A stretch of DNA of 64,000 nucleotides from Azolla caroliniana (Eukaryota; Plantae; Polypodiophyta): NCBI GenBank assembly GCA_043228905.1, contig JBHGNT010000005.1, positions 23,250,001-23,314,000 of the forward strand, in the 5' to 3' direction. Shown here piece by piece: positions 11,721 through 23,056 of the stretch (the first letter of the stretch is position 1; each line of letters begins with the position of its first letter). The notes beneath the pieces were generated by a model. It was not told where the DNA came from and did no database searches. It saw only the letters and a list, made by a program, of their open reading frames with translations. Made by a program: the position numbers and the translations under genes.

Positions 11721-12747
11721 AAAGTTATTTATTTCTACTTCTGTGCTATAAATATCATATTAGCTAATATATTATAATGTGTGTTTGCAATCTACCAGGT
11801 GTATATTTTGTGGCCTCGGATTCAAGCTTGAGGCTATGGATGTTGTGATTAGTACGATTCCTCCATTTTGAGCATGAACCATTGTCGCCACCCAATCCAC
11901 CATATCATTTGCTCATTCTTTGCTTTACCATGACCAGTTATCATGGCCCCTTGTTCTCCTTTCGAACATAACTCTGTAGGCTTTATGCATGTTCCACCTT
12001 TGTCTCGATCGTCTCCTTGCTCAAGGCACTTTGACTTGTCACACATTTTTGTTTTATGTTTCTCTCCCCAAGCCTTTATCTGAATAATGAAATTGACTAC
12101 CCCATGTGGTACCTTCAAGTGCATGCCCACTTTGAGATCCTTACGTGACCATGCTCTATGTTCTCACTTTGTTCAATTTCATGATACAATCTCATTTTAG
12201 AGTTGAAAATCTTCACACTAGCGTCTTTGCTACATGTTTTGATCACATCCTTCGGATCATGATGGCTCACTTGGCCATCGTCATCCCTTGTCATACTTTG
12301 CTCAGACTCTTTGTTGTACGCATCAGCATTCGTCTCTATCCTTTGCTTGACCTCTTCCTCCCACACATCAACTTCAACCCTTGCTTCTTCGTCGTTATTG
12401 TCCTTCTCTTGGGTCTTACATCGGTTAATGCCCAAGTCTCAGAACGAGTGTGGAGAGATCCATATATATTTGTCGGCCACTCCCCAACTTCGTTATTTAC
12501 AACAGCTTCGACCTTCGCTTCCCCGCCATCATCTTCTGTCTCTTGGGTCTCACATTGTCTTTGATCCACAACTGCCCAAGTCTCTAGAACATGTGCGAAG
12601 GAATCCGTTTGTCTTTGGTCAATTTCCTTCGACACCTTTGTCTTGATGTGATCTTTCACATAAGATTTGAACTCCCCCTTGTTTCCACCTTCCGTCTCTG
12701 TTGGGATTACGGTCCCTCCGGATGGGATGGTCGGATGTCCGGGAATC

Positions 12748-12943
12748 GGATGATGAATACCCCGGCTACGGAGCCGGATGATGAAGACCCCGGTTACGGA
12801 GCCGGATGCTGAAGACCCCGACTACGGAGCCGGATGCTGAAGACCCCGACTACGGAGCCGGATGCTGAAGACTCCGGCTACGGAGCCGGATGATGAAGAC
12901 CCCGGCTACGGAGCCGGATGCTGAAGACCCCGGTTACGGAGCC
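12748..12943 (+). repeat. 7 x 28-bp tandem repeat in the Copia U3 (second copy in the 3' LTR, ~17584-17779)
   Basis: Unit GGATG(A/C)TGAAGACCCCGG(C/T)TACGGAGCC. Confidence 0.95.
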
Positions 12944-13450
12944 GGATGACGAATGTACCCGGAGAGAGATCCGGATGCGGGGACATATTTGTGAATATGT
13001 TTGCCAAGAGCCCTTGAGGCTATATTTGTAAATAGCCCGAAAGTCATATGTGTATAAATATGACTTAGGGCAAACAGTTTAAATGTTGTTGCTCATTTTT
13101 ATGTTTTCAGCCGAGAGAGCAAAGTGAGAGCAGCCGAGAGAGAGGGAGAGAAAGGAAGAGGTCGACATCTCTGTGTATCACCGCCGCCTGTGGCGAAGAC
13201 AGTGAGCTCAAGGTCATTGCCTTGTAGCTTCACCATTGTACACCTCTGTTTATAGTGATAGTTGGAGTTTGAGGACTCCCGTGGTTTTTCCCATTTAGGG
13301 TTTTCCACGTAAAACATCCTGTGTACTCCTCTCTCTATTGTCCTCGTGCACTTTGTATTTCCCGTTTTCTGTGAGTTGATCCTATTCCTCGGTTTGTGAC
13401 CGAGCGCTGTTTTGCAACAAATTGGTATCAGAGCGACGGTAACACAGAAA

Positions 13451-16400
13451 ATGGAAGGCGGCGGTAGTGGGCCTCCGGGCATGATGGTGTTGAACTCACA
13501 GAACTACGCCGACTGGAAGATAAAGATGGAAGACCTTCTCATCGTCCGAGACCTGTATGAACCGATCGACAATGCCGAGATACCCAAGGGGGTAATAGAG
13601 TCGGAGTGGAAGCTCCTGAACCGGAAAGCCGTAGCGACGATCCGGCAATATGTCGATGTAAGCGTTCTACAACATGTGGCGAACGACACCAACGCATATG
13701 AGATGTGGAAGAAGCTGTCGGGCCTCTACGAGAGGAAGAATGCGTTGAACCGGACCTCCCTGATGAGGAAGATAGTGAACCTCAAGTACCGGGACGGCGA
13801 GAATATGGTGGAACACGTGAGCACGTTCATGGGATTCGTGAACCAGCTTGCGGCGATCAAGTTCCCGTTGGAGGATGCAATGCAAGCCATCATTCTGATG
13901 TGTACATTGCCGGAAAGCTGGGAGAACTTGGTGGTGACTCTCAGCACCTCCTGCACCGAAGATAACTTGTCTCTACAAACGGTAAAGACAAGCATTTTGA
14001 ACGAAGAAGCGCGTCGGAGAGATAAAGAACTGGTTTCCGATCCGAAGATGCTGCTTACCGAATCGGATCGGGGAAGACAATGGAACCGGAGTCCGCAAAG
14101 ACGGGAGAAGTCGGGGACCCGGTCGCAGTCAAGAGGAAGGCCCACATGCTTCCACTGTGGGAAGCCGGGGCACTTCCGGAAGAATTGTCGGCATTACCGA
14201 AAGGACAACGGAGCCGACGACACCGATTCGAAGAAGTCACCGGAGAGAAACGGTGCATACCGGGGAGCCACGGACCGGAGAGGTCCGGATCGGCGAGGGC
14301 AGGACCGGAAAGGAACGACGGCACTCGCGGCAAGTGAAGAAGAGATAATGCTCATTACCGAAGAGAGGGAGCTGAACCTTGCCGGTGTAGAGATGACCTG
14401 GGTGGTCGATTCCGGAGCGTCGTTCCACCTGACCCCGGAGAAGAAATACTTCTCATCCTACACAGCCGGTGAGCACGGCTGTGTCCGGATGGGAAATGAA
14501 GGCACATGCCGGATTGCCGGCATAGGAGACGTGTGGCTGATGACATCAACCGGATGCAAGATGCTGCTGAAGGATGTTCGACACGTTCCGGAGGTCCGAT
14601 TGAACCTGATCTCGGCCGGGAGGCTAGATGATGAAGGCTACACGGGTAGCATCCGGAACGGTGTCATGAAGTTCAGCAAAGGGAGCCTGATAGTGGCTCG
14701 GGCCCGGAAGGTCAATACACTGTACCTGATGAATTCCCGGCTATGTCCGGAGGAGCTGAACGTGGCAGCCGACACTGCCGGTGAGCTGTGGCACAAGAGA
14801 CTGTGCCACATGAGTGAGAAGGGGATGAAGAGGCTTGCCGATGACAACCTGATACCGGTAAAGCACGTACACCTGGGGAAGTGTACCGACTGTCTGGCCG
14901 GTAAGCAAAACCGGACCTCCTTCCACTCAAGGCCACCGACGAGACGTAGCGCACCATTGGAGTTGGTACACACTGATGTGTGTCAAGTAGAAGCGAAGTC
15001 ACATGGCGGAGCTCAGTACTTCGTAACATTCATAGATGACCATAGCCGGAAGCTGTGGACGGCACCGTTGAAGACAAAGGACCAAGTATTGTCCGTCTTC
15101 AAAGAACTCCACGCGAGAGTGGAAAGAGAATCCGGCAAGAAGCTGAAAGCGATACGAGCGGATAACGGAGGGGAATACCGGGGGCAGTTCGCAGAGTACT
15201 GTCGCTCGAAGGGAATCCGGCTCGAGTTTACTGTGCCGAAGACGCCGGAACTGAACGGGCTGGCCGAGAGGATGAACCGGACCATAATGGAGAGGGTCCG
15301 GAGTATGCTAGCACATGCGAAATTACCCAAGGGATTTTGGGCTGAGGCAATGTCGACGGCGACGTATGTGATAAATAGATCACCCTCAGTACCTTTGGAC
15401 GGAGACACGCCGCAGAAAGTGTGGACCGGTAAGGAAGTGTCCTACCGGCATCTGAAGGTGTTCGGGTGTCTCGCATACGTGCATGTGGCAAAGGACCGGA
15501 GAGGAAAGTTAGATCCAAAGACCCGGCCATGCATATTCCTCGGTTACGGCGACGACGAGTTCGGCTACCGAGTATGGGACCCGGTCGACAAGAAGATATT
15601 CAGGAGTCGAGATATCATCTTCATGGAGGACAAGACACTCGCCGACTGGGAGTCGGAGAAGAAGATGAAGAGCTCCAAGTCGACCGGTGAGGATCAACTC
15701 TACGAAGAGCAGTCCCGACCGGCAAGGGACCGGTTAGCACTCGAGGATCCGGCCGAAGACGGTGAAGAAACAGAACCGGCCGAGGAAGATGAAACTGATA
15801 CCGGAACCGGCCCCGATCCCGAAATGGATTCGGATGAAGAGGAAACGGAGGAGCCGGTTACCGAAGCTCCGGAACGGAGATATCCTCTAAGAGAGAGAAG
15901 GGCCCCCCGGAGATTTCCGGAACCAGAGCACGTGCTGCTAACCGACGAGGGGGAGCCGGAGAGCTTTGAAGAAGCAAAACTTGACACCCATAGCCGCAGG
16001 TGGTTAAGTGCCATGCAGGAGGAGATGGATTCCCTGCATGAGAACCACACATATGAACTTGTGGAGTTGCCGAAAGGAAAGCGGGCACTTCGAAACAAGT
16101 GGGTGTTCAAGCTGAAACCGGGAGATGTCGGAAACCCCCCGAGATACAAAGCCAGGATCGTAGTGAAGGGGTTCCAGCAGAAGAAGGGCGTCGACTTCGA
16201 CGAGATATTTGCCCCGGTAGTGAAGATGACCTCCATCCGGACGGTGCTGAGCATAGCGGGAAGCGTGGACCTCGAGGTAGAACAGATGGACGTGAAGACG
16301 GCATTCCTTCACGGTGACCTCGAAGAAGAGATCTACATGCAGCAACCGGAAGGATTCGAGAAGAAAGGGAAGGAGCACCTGGTATGCCGGTTGAAGAAGA

Positions 16401-17524
16401 GCCTTTACGAACTGAAGGAGGCTCCCCGGCAATGGTACCGGAAGTTCGACTCTTTCATGACCGACGAAGGCTACCACAAAACGCAATCCGATCACTGTGT
16501 GTTTGTGAAGAAGTTCGAAGGAGGAGACTTTCTAATACTCCTCCTGTACGTGGACGACATGTTGATCGTTGGACGGGACCAGGCCAAGATACGGATGCTG
16601 AAGAAAGCGCTTCACCGAACTTTCTCAATGAAGGACCTGGGTCCGGCGAGGCAAATACTAGGGATGCACATCATCCGGAACCGGAAGAAGAAGCAGTTGT
16701 GGCTGTCACAGGAGAAGTACGTGACAAAGGTGCTTCACCGGTTCAACATGTCGGAAGCAAGACCGGTCGGGTCAACCCTCCCGGCAAACTGCAAGTTGTC
16801 CAGCAAGCAAAGCCCCAAGACAAAGGCTGAGAAGGAGGACATGATGAAAGTACCATATGCCTCTGCCGTCGGAAGCTTGATGTACGCAATGGTGTGTACA
16901 AGACCGGACATAGGATACGCAGTCGGAGTGGTGAGCCGGTACATGAGCAATCCCGGCAAAGAGCACTGGAACGCGGTCAAGTGGATACTCCGATACCTAA
17001 AGGGCACGGCAAACGTGTGCCTCCGATTCGGCTCCGGTAAGCCCGAACTCGACAGCTTTACCGATTCGGATATGTCGGCTGATGCAGATACCAGCCGGTC
17101 CACATCAGGGTATGTGATGACGTATGCAGGGGGAGCTGTTTCGTGGCAGTCGAGGCTGCAGAAGACGGTTGCGTTGTCAACCACGGAGGCGGAGTACATG
17201 GCGGCTGTTGAAGCCGGCAAGGAAATAATATGGATGAAGGACTTCATTAGAGAGCTCGGTATCCGGCAGGAGGAGTACCGACTCTACTGCGACAGTCAGA
17301 GTGCCATCCACCTTGCGAAGAATGCGGCCTATCACTCCCGGACGAAGCACATCCAACGTAGATACCACTGGATCCGGGAAAGGATAGAAGACAAGGAGTT
17401 CATGCTGACGAAGATCCACACGGACGAGAACGGGTCGGATATGCTGACCAAGGTACTCACACCCGACAAGCTGGAAGCATGCCGGAAAAGGATCGGATTG
17501 GAGAGACATCCCATGCCGAAGTGA
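13451..17524 (+). CDS. Copia Gag-Pol polyprotein (1357 aa, uninterrupted)
   Basis: CFHCGKPGHFRKNC, WVVDSGAS, LWHKRLCH..CTDC, VHTDV/RADNGGEY/LAER, LLYVDDML, FTDSD..ADADTSRS, SDMLTK. Confidence 0.97.
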   Translation: MEGGGSGPPGMMVLNSQNYADWKIKMEDLLIVRDLYEPIDNAEIPKGVIESEWKLLNRKAVATIRQYVDVSVLQHVANDTNAYEMWKKLSGLYERKNALNRTSLMRKIVNLKYRDGENMVEHVSTFMGFVNQLAAIKFPLEDAMQAIILMCTLPESWENLVVTLSTSCTEDNLSLQTVKTSILNEEARRRDKELVSDPKMLLTESDRGRQWNRSPQRREKSGTRSQSRGRPTCFHCGKPGHFRKNCRHYRKDNGADDTDSKKSPERNGAYRGATDRRGPDRRGQDRKGTTALAASEEEIMLITEERELNLAGVEMTWVVDSGASFHLTPEKKYFSSYTAGEHGCVRMGNEGTCRIAGIGDVWLMTSTGCKMLLKDVRHVPEVRLNLISAGRLDDEGYTGSIRNGVMKFSKGSLIVARARKVNTLYLMNSRLCPEELNVAADTAGELWHKRLCHMSEKGMKRLADDNLIPVKHVHLGKCTDCLAGKQNRTSFHSRPPTRRSAPLELVHTDVCQVEAKSHGGAQYFVTFIDDHSRKLWTAPLKTKDQVLSVFKELHARVERESGKKLKAIRADNGGEYRGQFAEYCRSKGIRLEFTVPKTPELNGLAERMNRTIMERVRSMLAHAKLPKGFWAEAMSTATYVINRSPSVPLDGDTPQKVWTGKEVSYRHLKVFGCLAYVHVAKDRRGKLDPKTRPCIFLGYGDDEFGYRVWDPVDKKIFRSRDIIFMEDKTLADWESEKKMKSSKSTGEDQLYEEQSRPARDRLALEDPAEDGEETEPAEEDETDTGTGPDPEMDSDEEETEEPVTEAPERRYPLRERRAPRRFPEPEHVLLTDEGEPESFEEAKLDTHSRRWLSAMQEEMDSLHENHTYELVELPKGKRALRNKWVFKLKPGDVGNPPRYKARIVVKGFQQKKGVDFDEIFAPVVKMTSIRTVLSIAGSVDLEVEQMDVKTAFLHGDLEEEIYMQQPEGFEKKGKEHLVCRLKKSLYELKEAPRQWYRKFDSFMTDEGYHKTQSDHCVFVKKFEGGDFLILLLYVDDMLIVGRDQAKIRMLKKALHRTFSMKDLGPARQILGMHIIRNRKKKQLWLSQEKYVTKVLHRFNMSEARPVGSTLPANCKLSSKQSPKTKAEKEDMMKVPYASAVGSLMYAMVCTRPDIGYAVGVVSRYMSNPGKEHWNAVKWILRYLKGTANVCLRFGSGKPELDSFTDSDMSADADTSRSTSGYVMTYAGGAVSWQSRLQKTVALSTTEAEYMAAVEAGKEIIWMKDFIRELGIRQEEYRLYCDSQSAIHLAKNAAYHSRTKHIQRRYHWIRERIEDKEFMLTKIHTDENGSDMLTKVLTPDKLEACRKRIGLERHPMPK

Positions 17525-18821
17525 AGGGGGAGTTTGTTGGGATTACGGTCCCTCCGGATGGGATGGTCGGATGTCCGGGAATCGGATGATGAATACCCCG
17601 GCTACGGAGCCGGATGATGAAGACCCCGGTTACGGAGCCGGATGCTGAAGACCCCGACTACGGAGCCGGATGCTGAAGACCCCGACTACGGAGCCGGATG
17701 CTGAAGACTCCGGCTACGGAGCCGGATGATGAAGACCCCGGCTACGGAGCCGGATGCTGAAGACCCCGGTTACGGAGCCGGATGACGAATGTACCCGGAG
17801 AGAGATCCGGATGCGGGGACATATTTGTGAATATGTTTGCCAAGAGCCCTTGAGGCTATATTTGTAAATAGCCCGAAAGTCATATGTGTATAAATATGAC
17901 TTAGGGCAAACAGTTTAAATGTTGTTGCTCATTTTTATGTTTTCAGCCGAGAGAGCAAAGTGAGAGCAGCCGAGAGAGAGGGAGAGAAAGGAAGAGGTCG
18001 ACATCTCTGTGTATCACCGCCGCCTGTGGCGAAGACAGTGAGCTCAAGGTCGTTGCCTTGTAGCTTCACCATTGTACACCTCTGTTTATAGTGATAGTTG
18101 GAGTTTGAGGACTCCCGTGGTTTTTCCCATTTAGGGTTTTCCACGTAAAACATCCTGTGTACTCCTCTCTCTATTGTCCTCGTGCACTTTGTATTTCCCG
18201 TTTTTTGTGAGTTGATCCTATTCCTCGGTTTGTGACCGAGCGCTGTTTTGCAACAATCTCTTGGGTCTTCTGTTGGTTCTCGGACGCAACTGCCCAAGTC
18301 TCTGGAACCAGTTTGGGGAAAGTCTTGTCATTGCCATCATTCACCATCGACTCCCTCCATATCTATCTTCACCTTGATGTTGTGCACACCATCTTGGTCC
18401 TTCCCCTTACTACCATCTTCCATCTCTTGGGTCTCACGTTGGCTCTCTACAACTGCCCAAGTCTCTGGAACTTGTGTGAAGGAATCCTCGATGCAGCCAT
18501 CTGCCATTAATTCTTCCATAACCACCTCTGACTCGATGTCATTTTTCGTGGCTATCTCTTCAATCTCATGGGCCTCGTACCCATTGACCCTCTTGATCGA
18601 GCAAGCTTCAATCATGCTTCTCTCTTCGTCGCATGTATTCGTTTCGACCTTCGGCTCCTCGTCGACACCTTCCGTCTCTTGGGTCTCACGTTGGTTCTTG
18701 GACGCAACTGCCCAAGACTCTGGAACAAGTGTGGAGAAAATCTAGCCATGGTCATTGTCGACGCTTGTTGTCTTGTTCATAGTCACCTCCTCGATGTTGA
18801 TTTTAGTGGCTAGATCCTTCA

Positions 18822-19715
18822 TCATGTCGATCTCACACTCTTTATCTCCTTAATGCAAGCTTCGATTAGGCTTGCTCCTTCATCATCCGTTGTTTCGAAC
18901 ACGATGCATGTCCCGAAACATTTGTCCTCCTTTGAAGTGGCCTTCGTTGTCCTCGAGTCATCATCAATCTTCTTTTCGTGTAGGATGCGTTGTTTAGGCG
19001 TCTCTACTTCTTTAGATAGTCTTGATTTTTCTCCACTTGGCCTTACCAAGTCAATACCATCAAGCCATTGAAGACGCTTGTCGAGCTTGTTGCATGCTCG
19101 CTTTACCGCAATCCAGTCCGCCACAAGCCCGTTTGCTTGGGTATCATCTTCAAGAAGAGTCCCCAATTCTCGTCTATCCTTCATGTCCACAGCTTTCAAG
19201 AAGTACAAAGTCTTGTCCTCCTCAAGCAACACTTGGTCTGTGGCAGGGAGACGACGAAACATTTGGTCGAACTCGTCGTACACCCTCGAAGCGCTCATCC
19301 TCTTATTCTTCTTTTCTATCCACTTCCTCAAGGCATGTCGAATCATCCTCGACAAATCTTCCATCGCGAACTCTGCTAATATCGCTTTCTTGAACTCCGA
19401 CCACGTTGTCTTCCCTTCTTGAAGCTCGATGACGCGCCTTTGGATGTTGTTGGTGACCACTCTCTTGAAACTTGTGATTTGACGCGCGTCAGACACGTCC
19501 CTCTGATTCATCTCCCTTTTGTATGCATCAAGGAACTTCGTAATGTTCCTTCCATCAAATTGACCCTCGAGCTCCACGACACGGTCGACAGCCTTCTCCA
19601 TGCTCGCATCGTTGTCTCGAGATCTCATAATTTGTTCGACGATAAGCATCATCCTTTCGAATTCTCCCGCTTGATTGCTTGAGGACACCATCTCCAAGTA
19701 TCGGTCGATCCTCAA
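18822..19715 (-). CDS. gag: Gag-like protein of Gypsy B
   Basis: 297-aa ORF aligns by eye with the Gag at 5308-6408. Confidence 0.75.
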   Translation of the reverse strand: MRIDRYLEMVSSSNQAGEFERMMLIVEQIMRSRDNDASMEKAVDRVVELEGQFDGRNITKFLDAYKREMNQRDVSDARQITSFKRVVTNNIQRRVIELQEGKTTWSEFKKAILAEFAMEDLSRMIRHALRKWIEKKNKRMSASRVYDEFDQMFRRLPATDQVLLEEDKTLYFLKAVDMKDRRELGTLLEDDTQANGLVADWIAVKRACNKLDKRLQWLDGIDLVRPSGEKSRLSKEVETPKQRILHEKKIDDDSRTTKATSKEDKCFGTCIVFETTDDEGASLIEACIKEIKSVRST

Positions 19716-19763
19716 CTAGATCCTTCCTACCGCCTCTTTCACGTCGGGTTCACCACTTAATTA

Positions 19764-20945
19764 TGTCGTGAAGATCCGTCACTACATGCGGATCGTGAGG
19801 CGGAACCGCCGGGGTTCTGGACTGGAAGGATTCGAAGTTTGCACTAGCTTAAGCGAGAAAGTATTTAAGATAGATTAAAAGAGAGAGAGATTGAGATAAG
19901 ATAGAACGCTTGACTTTAGATTGAGAAAGATTGAAATGGAGAGAGAGATTAAGATTGAACCCTTTACTTTAGATTTGAGGAACAAGATATATCATCAATT
20001 GGATAACGATTTTGTTTTCTTAATATTAATTTTGATATAAAGTACAAAGCTTGGTTGATTAATACCTAGCCCGATTTTCCTCTCCATCCACTCTTTTATA
20101 GATGCCCCCATTCACATGATGCATGTGAGGGTGCAAGACATGCATGAGATGCATGTTTGCCATTTGGCGCTCATGTATTACATGTGTTACATGATAACCA
20201 TGTTACTCATTCAAGCTCTCATCTATGAGAATTTACATGTAAAATGATTAAAAGCTTTTGAAGATATGACTTGGCTTAGTGGTAAGCCTATAGACTTTCA
20301 ACTTGGAGGTGCAAGGTTCAAGCCTTGCTCATATCCCTTTTAAAACACAAAATACTACTAGGTTTTTGGTCTTGTATTTACACCGAAAATCTTCAAAACA
20401 CCATGCACCATGCACCGCGATCAACCGACCGATCAGTCTATCCCGATCGGTTCAATCCGATCCCGATCCAATCTTGTCTGTCGCCATCCGGTCCCGGTCT
20501 TAGTCACCGGTTGCCGTCTCGCTAGATCCGTCCGGTTTTGGTCGGCCAAAACCTTTACAAGTAGTTAGGCCACACCCATTCATTCGGTTAGTTTAGCTCA
20601 AGTCACCTTGAACATTGTATGATCCACTCATAGACACAAAATAATAGATTTTGGCCTTTTTTATATAATCTAGGATCCTTATTTGTCCTATCTATGTGGG
20701 ATATCTCGTAGTTTTGTTTTTTCTCTTCTTCTTATACCCACATAACTTGCCACTTAGTTGTCCATTTCTTATGTGGTAAAGTGTATTTGAAAGCTCTTGA
20801 AGACCTCCATCTTTTTGTACCAAGATATTAAACTAATATAAAATAGTATCTTCACTATTATTGTTTTATGTTGCATGTGAAGAAACACACTCAATTTTGT
20901 ACATTCCATTCAATTTTCACACCGTTGGCGAAAATCTTTACGACA
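19764..20945 (-). repeat. 5' LTR of Gypsy B (~1.18 kb)
   Basis: TGTCGTGAAG...TTTACGACA termini; homologous along its length to the solo LTR at 37093-38114; outer flank CCGC. Confidence 0.85.
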
Positions 20946-21516
20946 CCGCAAAATGATCTCCAACTTCCAATAAAACTACCAAGTCTTGATGTTGTTGTAG
21001 TATACAATATCGTTTGAATGTGCATCCTCTTCAATATCATCTTGTCGTTCAGGCTCAAGCTTCTATAGCTTCCAGGGCTCCACGATTGATAGGTTGATGC
21101 ATTTATCCCAAGCTTAATCTATACACATGGAACAAAAGCATGATAAAGTACGGAGTAACAATTTTGTTGTGTCCTTGCAGCTAAACACTAATACACAATG
21201 GGTGATTCGTGTGCCTTTCACAGTTTTACAACCATATGATTTAGTTATATCGACCTCATCAGCGCGAACCTCAACAAACAATCTGTTATTACCATCATTT
21301 GACATCTTCCATGTTAGCCACTCCATAATATCATGTGCATTTTGTAACTTAGCACCATTATTATCTAACTACTCACTTGTAAGGGCACATTTGATCACAG
21401 CCCCCGCGCCATCATGCTCTCCTTTTCCATGTCCAAACCCGAAGTAGTTCCATTGCATATGAATGTTCAATAAGGAGAAGTACCTACTTTTGTATCCTAG
21501 GTTTCCAACAAACATT

Positions 21517-22530
21517 AGTACTATGTTGTCAATCGTGAGTACTATACATCCATTAATACTGATTTAGTACAAATACAAAACAAAGCATAACACAATGTAT
21601 CCATGGAGAACACTCTACACTGATTAAAAGATAAATAGTACTATGTTTTCAACCAACAGTACTTAACATCCATTAATACTAATTTAGTACGAATACAACA
21701 CAAAGCATAGTACAATGTGTTCATGGAAAACATTGTACATGTTTTAAAAGATAATTAGTACAAACTCTTCAATATTGGACAGTACTATGTTGCTAACGAC
21801 GAGTACTTTACATCCATTAATACTGATTTAGTACAGATAAAACACACAGTACAGTACAATGTGTCCATGGAGAACACAACATGGATTAAAAGATAATTAG
21901 TACAAAATCTTCAATATAGGACAGTACTATGAGTACAAGACATGTACTTTACATCCTTCAATAAATATTGATTTAGTACAGATACAACACATAGTACAAT
22001 ACAGTGTGTCCATGGAGAACACTCAACATGGATTAAAAGATAATTAGTACAAACTCTTAAGGACGGACAATACTATGAGTACAAGACGAGTACTTTACAT
22101 CCTTCAATAAATACTGATTTAGTACAGATACAACACACAGTACAATACAATGTGTCCATGGAGAGCACTCAACATGGACTAAAAGATAATTAGTACAAAC
22201 TCTTAAGAACGGTCAATACTATGAGTACAAGACGAGTACTTTACATCCTTCAATAAATACTGATTTAGTACAGATACAACACACAATACAATACAATGTG
22301 TCCATGGAGAGCACTCAACGTGGACTAAAAGATAATTAGTACAAACTCTTAAGAACGGTCAATACTATGAGTACAAGACGAGTACTTTACATCCTTCAAT
22401 AAATACTGATTTAGTACAGATACAACACACAACACATTACAATGTGTCTATGGAGAACACTTCACATGGATTAAAAGATAATAAACACAAATTCACGTGA
22501 CAGGATGGTACTATGTGATCAATTAAGAAC
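21517..22530. repeat. ~146-bp tandem repeat (about 7 units) inside the transposase intron
   Basis: CATCC(T/A)T... anchors at 21547, 21667, 21811, 21952, 22098, 22244, 22390. Confidence 0.9.
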
Positions 22531-22537
22531 ACTTAAC

Positions 22538-22676
22538 ATAGTTACAAACATAATTAGTATGCATACATCCATTTGAATAGTATTGTGTTTAAATAGTTAC
22601 AAACATAATTAGTATGCATACATCCATTTGAATAGTATTGTGTTTAAATAGTTACAAACATAATTAGTATGCATGC
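22538..22676. repeat. 55-bp tandem repeat (about 2.5 units)
   Basis: ATAGTTACAAACATAATTAGTATGCAT at ~22538, 22593, 22648. Confidence 0.85.
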
Positions 22677-23008
22677 ACTAACACAAGAATTACTTCCTTA
22701 GACATTGCATTATAAGTACTAAACATATGGATTAAAAATTACCTGGCAATAAAGTAGAACAATCGTGTTGCCTTAAACTGTGAGGCAACACCATCAGACC
22801 AAACCCAATGATGGTTAAAGCTAAACCCTAGAGACAATAAATCTGCATGGTGAAGCTTAAAACAATGTTGAACAAATAGTGTATCATGCTTTTTATCATC
22901 TCAAATGTAAAATATTGATTTCTTATGTAACTCACCATCTTGTCTCCAATAGCAAATATGTACAAGTATTGTACATTGATCATTGTACCAATACATTGAT
23001 AATGTTTC

Positions 23009-23056
<48 letters not shown>

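Larger units (their letters stand above)
12699..18255 (+). mobile_element. Intact young Ty1/Copia retrotransposon (Tnt1/Tork-like)
   Basis: 721-bp LTRs at 12699-13419 and 17535-18255 with 2 visible differences; tRNA-iMet PBS TGGTATCAGAGC 13423-13434; PPT 17523-17532; TSD GTCTC/ATCTC. Confidence 0.98.
11850..20945 (-). mobile_element. Truncated non-autonomous Gypsy B of the same tRNA-Trp lineage, interrupted by Copia 1
   Basis: 5' LTR 19764-20945; Trp PBS 19738-19755; gag 18822-19715 homologous to Gypsy A gag (FDGRNITKFL..F.R..; ELGTLLEDD..GL.ADW.AVKRAC). Internal repeats run on both sides of the Copia. No 3' LTR found, so the left boundary is approximate. Confidence 0.75.
20950..23010 (-). 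pseudogene. Decayed DDE DNA transposase (WSDG...FK / WNYF..GHGKGEHDGAG type, Sola2-like inferred) with one intron
   Basis: MYWYNDQCTILVHI..FYI*DDKKHDTLFVQHCF..WVWSDGVASQFK..FIAR | intron 21484-22742 (CAG/GTAATT...TAG) | YFSL..WNYFGFGHGKGEHDGAGAVIK..RTLSCFCSMC..LEVGDHFA. Frame is preserved across the splice. Confidence 0.8.

Noticed and set aside
12748-12943. 28-bp repeat array resembling a CRISPR
   Set aside because: Units are contiguous with no unique spacers, the array is duplicated in both LTRs, the context is eukaryotic, and there are no cas genes.
13504-17514. Many overlapping or antisense ORFs within the GC-rich retroelements
   Set aside because: Expected shadow ORFs of GC-rich coding sequence; no recognisable motifs.
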